From Candidatus Heimdallarchaeota archaeon (GTDB taxonomy: Archaea; Asgardarchaeota; Heimdallarchaeia; JABLTI01): DNA of 15,470 nt. How positions within the stretch are numbered: position 1 is the first letter of the stretch; each line of letters begins with the position of its first letter. Below the pieces are notes generated by a model that worked only from the letters and a program-made list of their open reading frames with translations, was not told the DNA's origin and made no database searches. This document shows positions 13,786 to 15,470 of the stretch, in pieces. The stretch covers positions 1-15,470 of the forward strand of contig DXJV01000060.1 of the NCBI GenBank assembly GCA_019056785.1. Reading direction: 5' to 3'. Position numbers and translations under genes: made by a program.

Positions 13786-15470
13786 ATGACTATTTTCAAA
13801 GAAGTAAAGTCCTACGTTCAATTGCCTAAGCTGGAGAAGAAAATTCTGAAGTTTTGGGAGAAAGAACAAATCTTCCAAAAAGTCCGTGAATTAAGAAAAG
13901 AAAATGAGAAATATGTTTTCTTAGAAGGACCACCAACAGCAAATGGCTTACCACATGTTGGACATGTTCTGACAAGATGCTTGAAAGACCTGTACCTTCG
14001 CTATAAAACAATGAATGGTTTTTATATTTCCCCTCTCATCGGCGGTTGGGACTGTCATGGACTTCCTGTCGAGATTGAGGTTGAAAAAGAGCTGGGATTA
14101 AACTCCAAACCAGAAATCGTTGAATTTGGCATAAAAGAGTTCAATAAACGGTGTAAAGTCTCTGTTATGAAATATGTTCACGAATGGGAAGAGATGACAA
14201 GACGAGTTGGTTTCTGGATTGATATGGAACATGCGTATATCACCATGAAAGATTATTACATTGAATCTGTCTGGTGGAGCTTAAAAGAACTCTGGAAAAA
14301 GGGATTGCTAGTTAAGGGGTACAAAGTTATTCCATCATGCCCTCGTTGTGAAGTAACTCTCAGTAGCCACGAATATTCTCAAGGATTAAAAGAAACCGAC
14401 GATCCATCTATAACCGTCAAGTTCTCTGTCGAAAATGAACCCAACACCTACTTTTTAGCTTGGACAACAACACCATGGACACTTATTTCCAACGTAGGAT
14501 TAGCGGTTGGAAAAGATATTGATTATGTGAAAATCGAGCGTGATGGGGAGTTCTTCTATCTTGCAAAAGCACGCCTTAAAGCGGTCTTTCCGGATGGGAA
14601 TTATAAAATTCTCGCAAAAATGAAAGGCAAAGACTTGGAAGAGATGAGATATAAACAGTTAATTCCCTTTGCAAAATTAGGCGATGAGGACAGAAAGAAA
14701 GGGTTCCGTGTTGTCACAGGAGAATTTGTCAGTACCGAGGATGGGACAGGAATTGTCCATACAGCCCCGGCTTTTGGCCCCGAGGACTATGAATTAGCAC
14801 AGCAAAAAGGTCTTCCCTTCCTTCAGCCGGTAAAAAGCAATGGGACATTCAGCGAAGAGATCACACCTTGGGCTGGGATGTTTATTAAAGATGCAGATAA
14901 AGAGATCATCAGATACCTTCGAAAAGAAGGAAGGCTCATCTCTGAGAAAGTCGAAAAGCATACAAGTGGTTTTTGCTGGCGATGTAAAACACCAACAATG
15001 TATTATGCAAGAGAAGCGTGGCTCATCCGGATGAGCACTTTACGAGACAACATTCTCGCAACAAACGAGCAAATCAACTGGGTCCCGGAGCACTTAAAAC
15101 ACGGTCGCTTTGGTGACTTTCTTGAAAACATTGTTGACTGGGCATTAAGCCGCGAACGATTCTGGGGGACACCCTTACCTGTCTGGAAGTGCGAGTGTGG
15201 ACATACAGAATGCATTGGTAGTATTGAAGAACTTAAATCATTTATGAAAGAAGAATTACCCGAAGACTTTGAGCTTCACCGACCATGGATTGATGAAATT
15301 AAGTTATATTGCCCGAAATGTGGCAAGAAAATGACGCGAGAACCATTTGTCATTGATTGTTGGTACGAATCCGGCTCCGCACAATTTGCTCAGTGGCACT
15401 ATCCTTTTGAAAATCAAGAAAAATTCAAAGAACATTTTCCCATAGATTTCATTACGGAAGCAATTGATCA
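13786..15470 (+). CDS. ileS: Isoleucine--tRNA ligase (type 2 IleRS), 5' part; runs off the window
   Basis: Not in the ORF track because no stop occurs in the window. From ATG 13786: MTIFKEVK...ILKFWEKEQIF...FLEGPPTANGLPHVGH (HIGH), GWDCHGLPVE, AWTTTPWTL and GTGIVHTAPAFGPED (CP1 editing), CWRC, DWALSRERFWGTPLPVW, LHRPWID, FAQWHYPFEN and FITEAID. Confidence 0.96.
   Translation, partial: MTIFKEVKSYVQLPKLEKKILKFWEKEQIFQKVRELRKENEKYVFLEGPPTANGLPHVGHVLTRCLKDLYLRYKTMNGFYISPLIGGWDCHGLPVEIEVEKELGLNSKPEIVEFGIKEFNKRCKVSVMKYVHEWEEMTRRVGFWIDMEHAYITMKDYYIESVWWSLKELWKKGLLVKGYKVIPSCPRCEVTLSSHEYSQGLKETDDPSITVKFSVENEPNTYFLAWTTTPWTLISNVGLAVGKDIDYVKIERDGEFFYLAKARLKAVFPDGNYKILAKMKGKDLEEMRYKQLIPFAKLGDEDRKKGFRVVTGEFVSTEDGTGIVHTAPAFGPEDYELAQQKGLPFLQPVKSNGTFSEEITPWAGMFIKDADKEIIRYLRKEGRLISEKVEKHTSGFCWRCKTPTMYYAREAWLIRMSTLRDNILATNEQINWVPEHLKHGRFGDFLENIVDWALSRERFWGTPLPVWKCECGHTECIGSIEELKSFMKEELPEDFELHRPWIDEIKLYCPKCGKKMTREPFVIDCWYESGSAQFAQWHYPFENQEKFKEHFPIDFITEAID

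Noticed and set aside
13603-15215. Short track ORFs 13603..13878, 13826..14011, 14840..15034 and 15003..15215
   Set aside because: They overlap ileS on the opposite strand or in another frame and show no motifs.
1-15470. CRISPR array, transposase, integrase, defence or retroelement system
   Set aside because: I found no regularly spaced repeats and no recognisable recombinase, nuclease or reverse transcriptase motifs; nearly all the sequence is explained by the listed genes.

Overview
Archaeal chromosomal window. The archaeal exosome genes, Pcc1, Brix, an intron-containing tRNA and BRE/TATA promoters establish the domain. The eS30 gene points to TACK/Asgard rather than Euryarchaeota, and the secreted beta-propeller and vWA genes are compatible with Asgard (inference). 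The core is a minus-strand exosome superoperon fragment (SBDS/sdo1-rrp4-rrp41-rrp42-rpl37ae-brix-pcc1). It is followed by a 59-codon rps30e gene missing from the ORF track and by elp3, which converges on a plant/trypanosomatid-like gpmI. Further left are a SAM methyltransferase, a vWA protein with a possible CDC48/UFD1-like N-terminal module, and tRNA-Arg(CCU) with a 27-nt intron. Beyond the tRNA 3' end lies an accessory-looking region with a broken subtilisin (S8) gene (in-frame TAG, catalytic Ser missing) and a partial secreted beta-propeller gene. The right end holds three small hypothetical genes and the 5' part of a type-2 IleRS with several atypical motif substitutions. Most of the window is housekeeping, and I cannot support a complete novel multi-gene system. 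The best leads are the vWA fusion, the rearranged exosome operon, the Rrp41 K/E tail, the atypical IleRS and the tRNA-adjacent decayed region.
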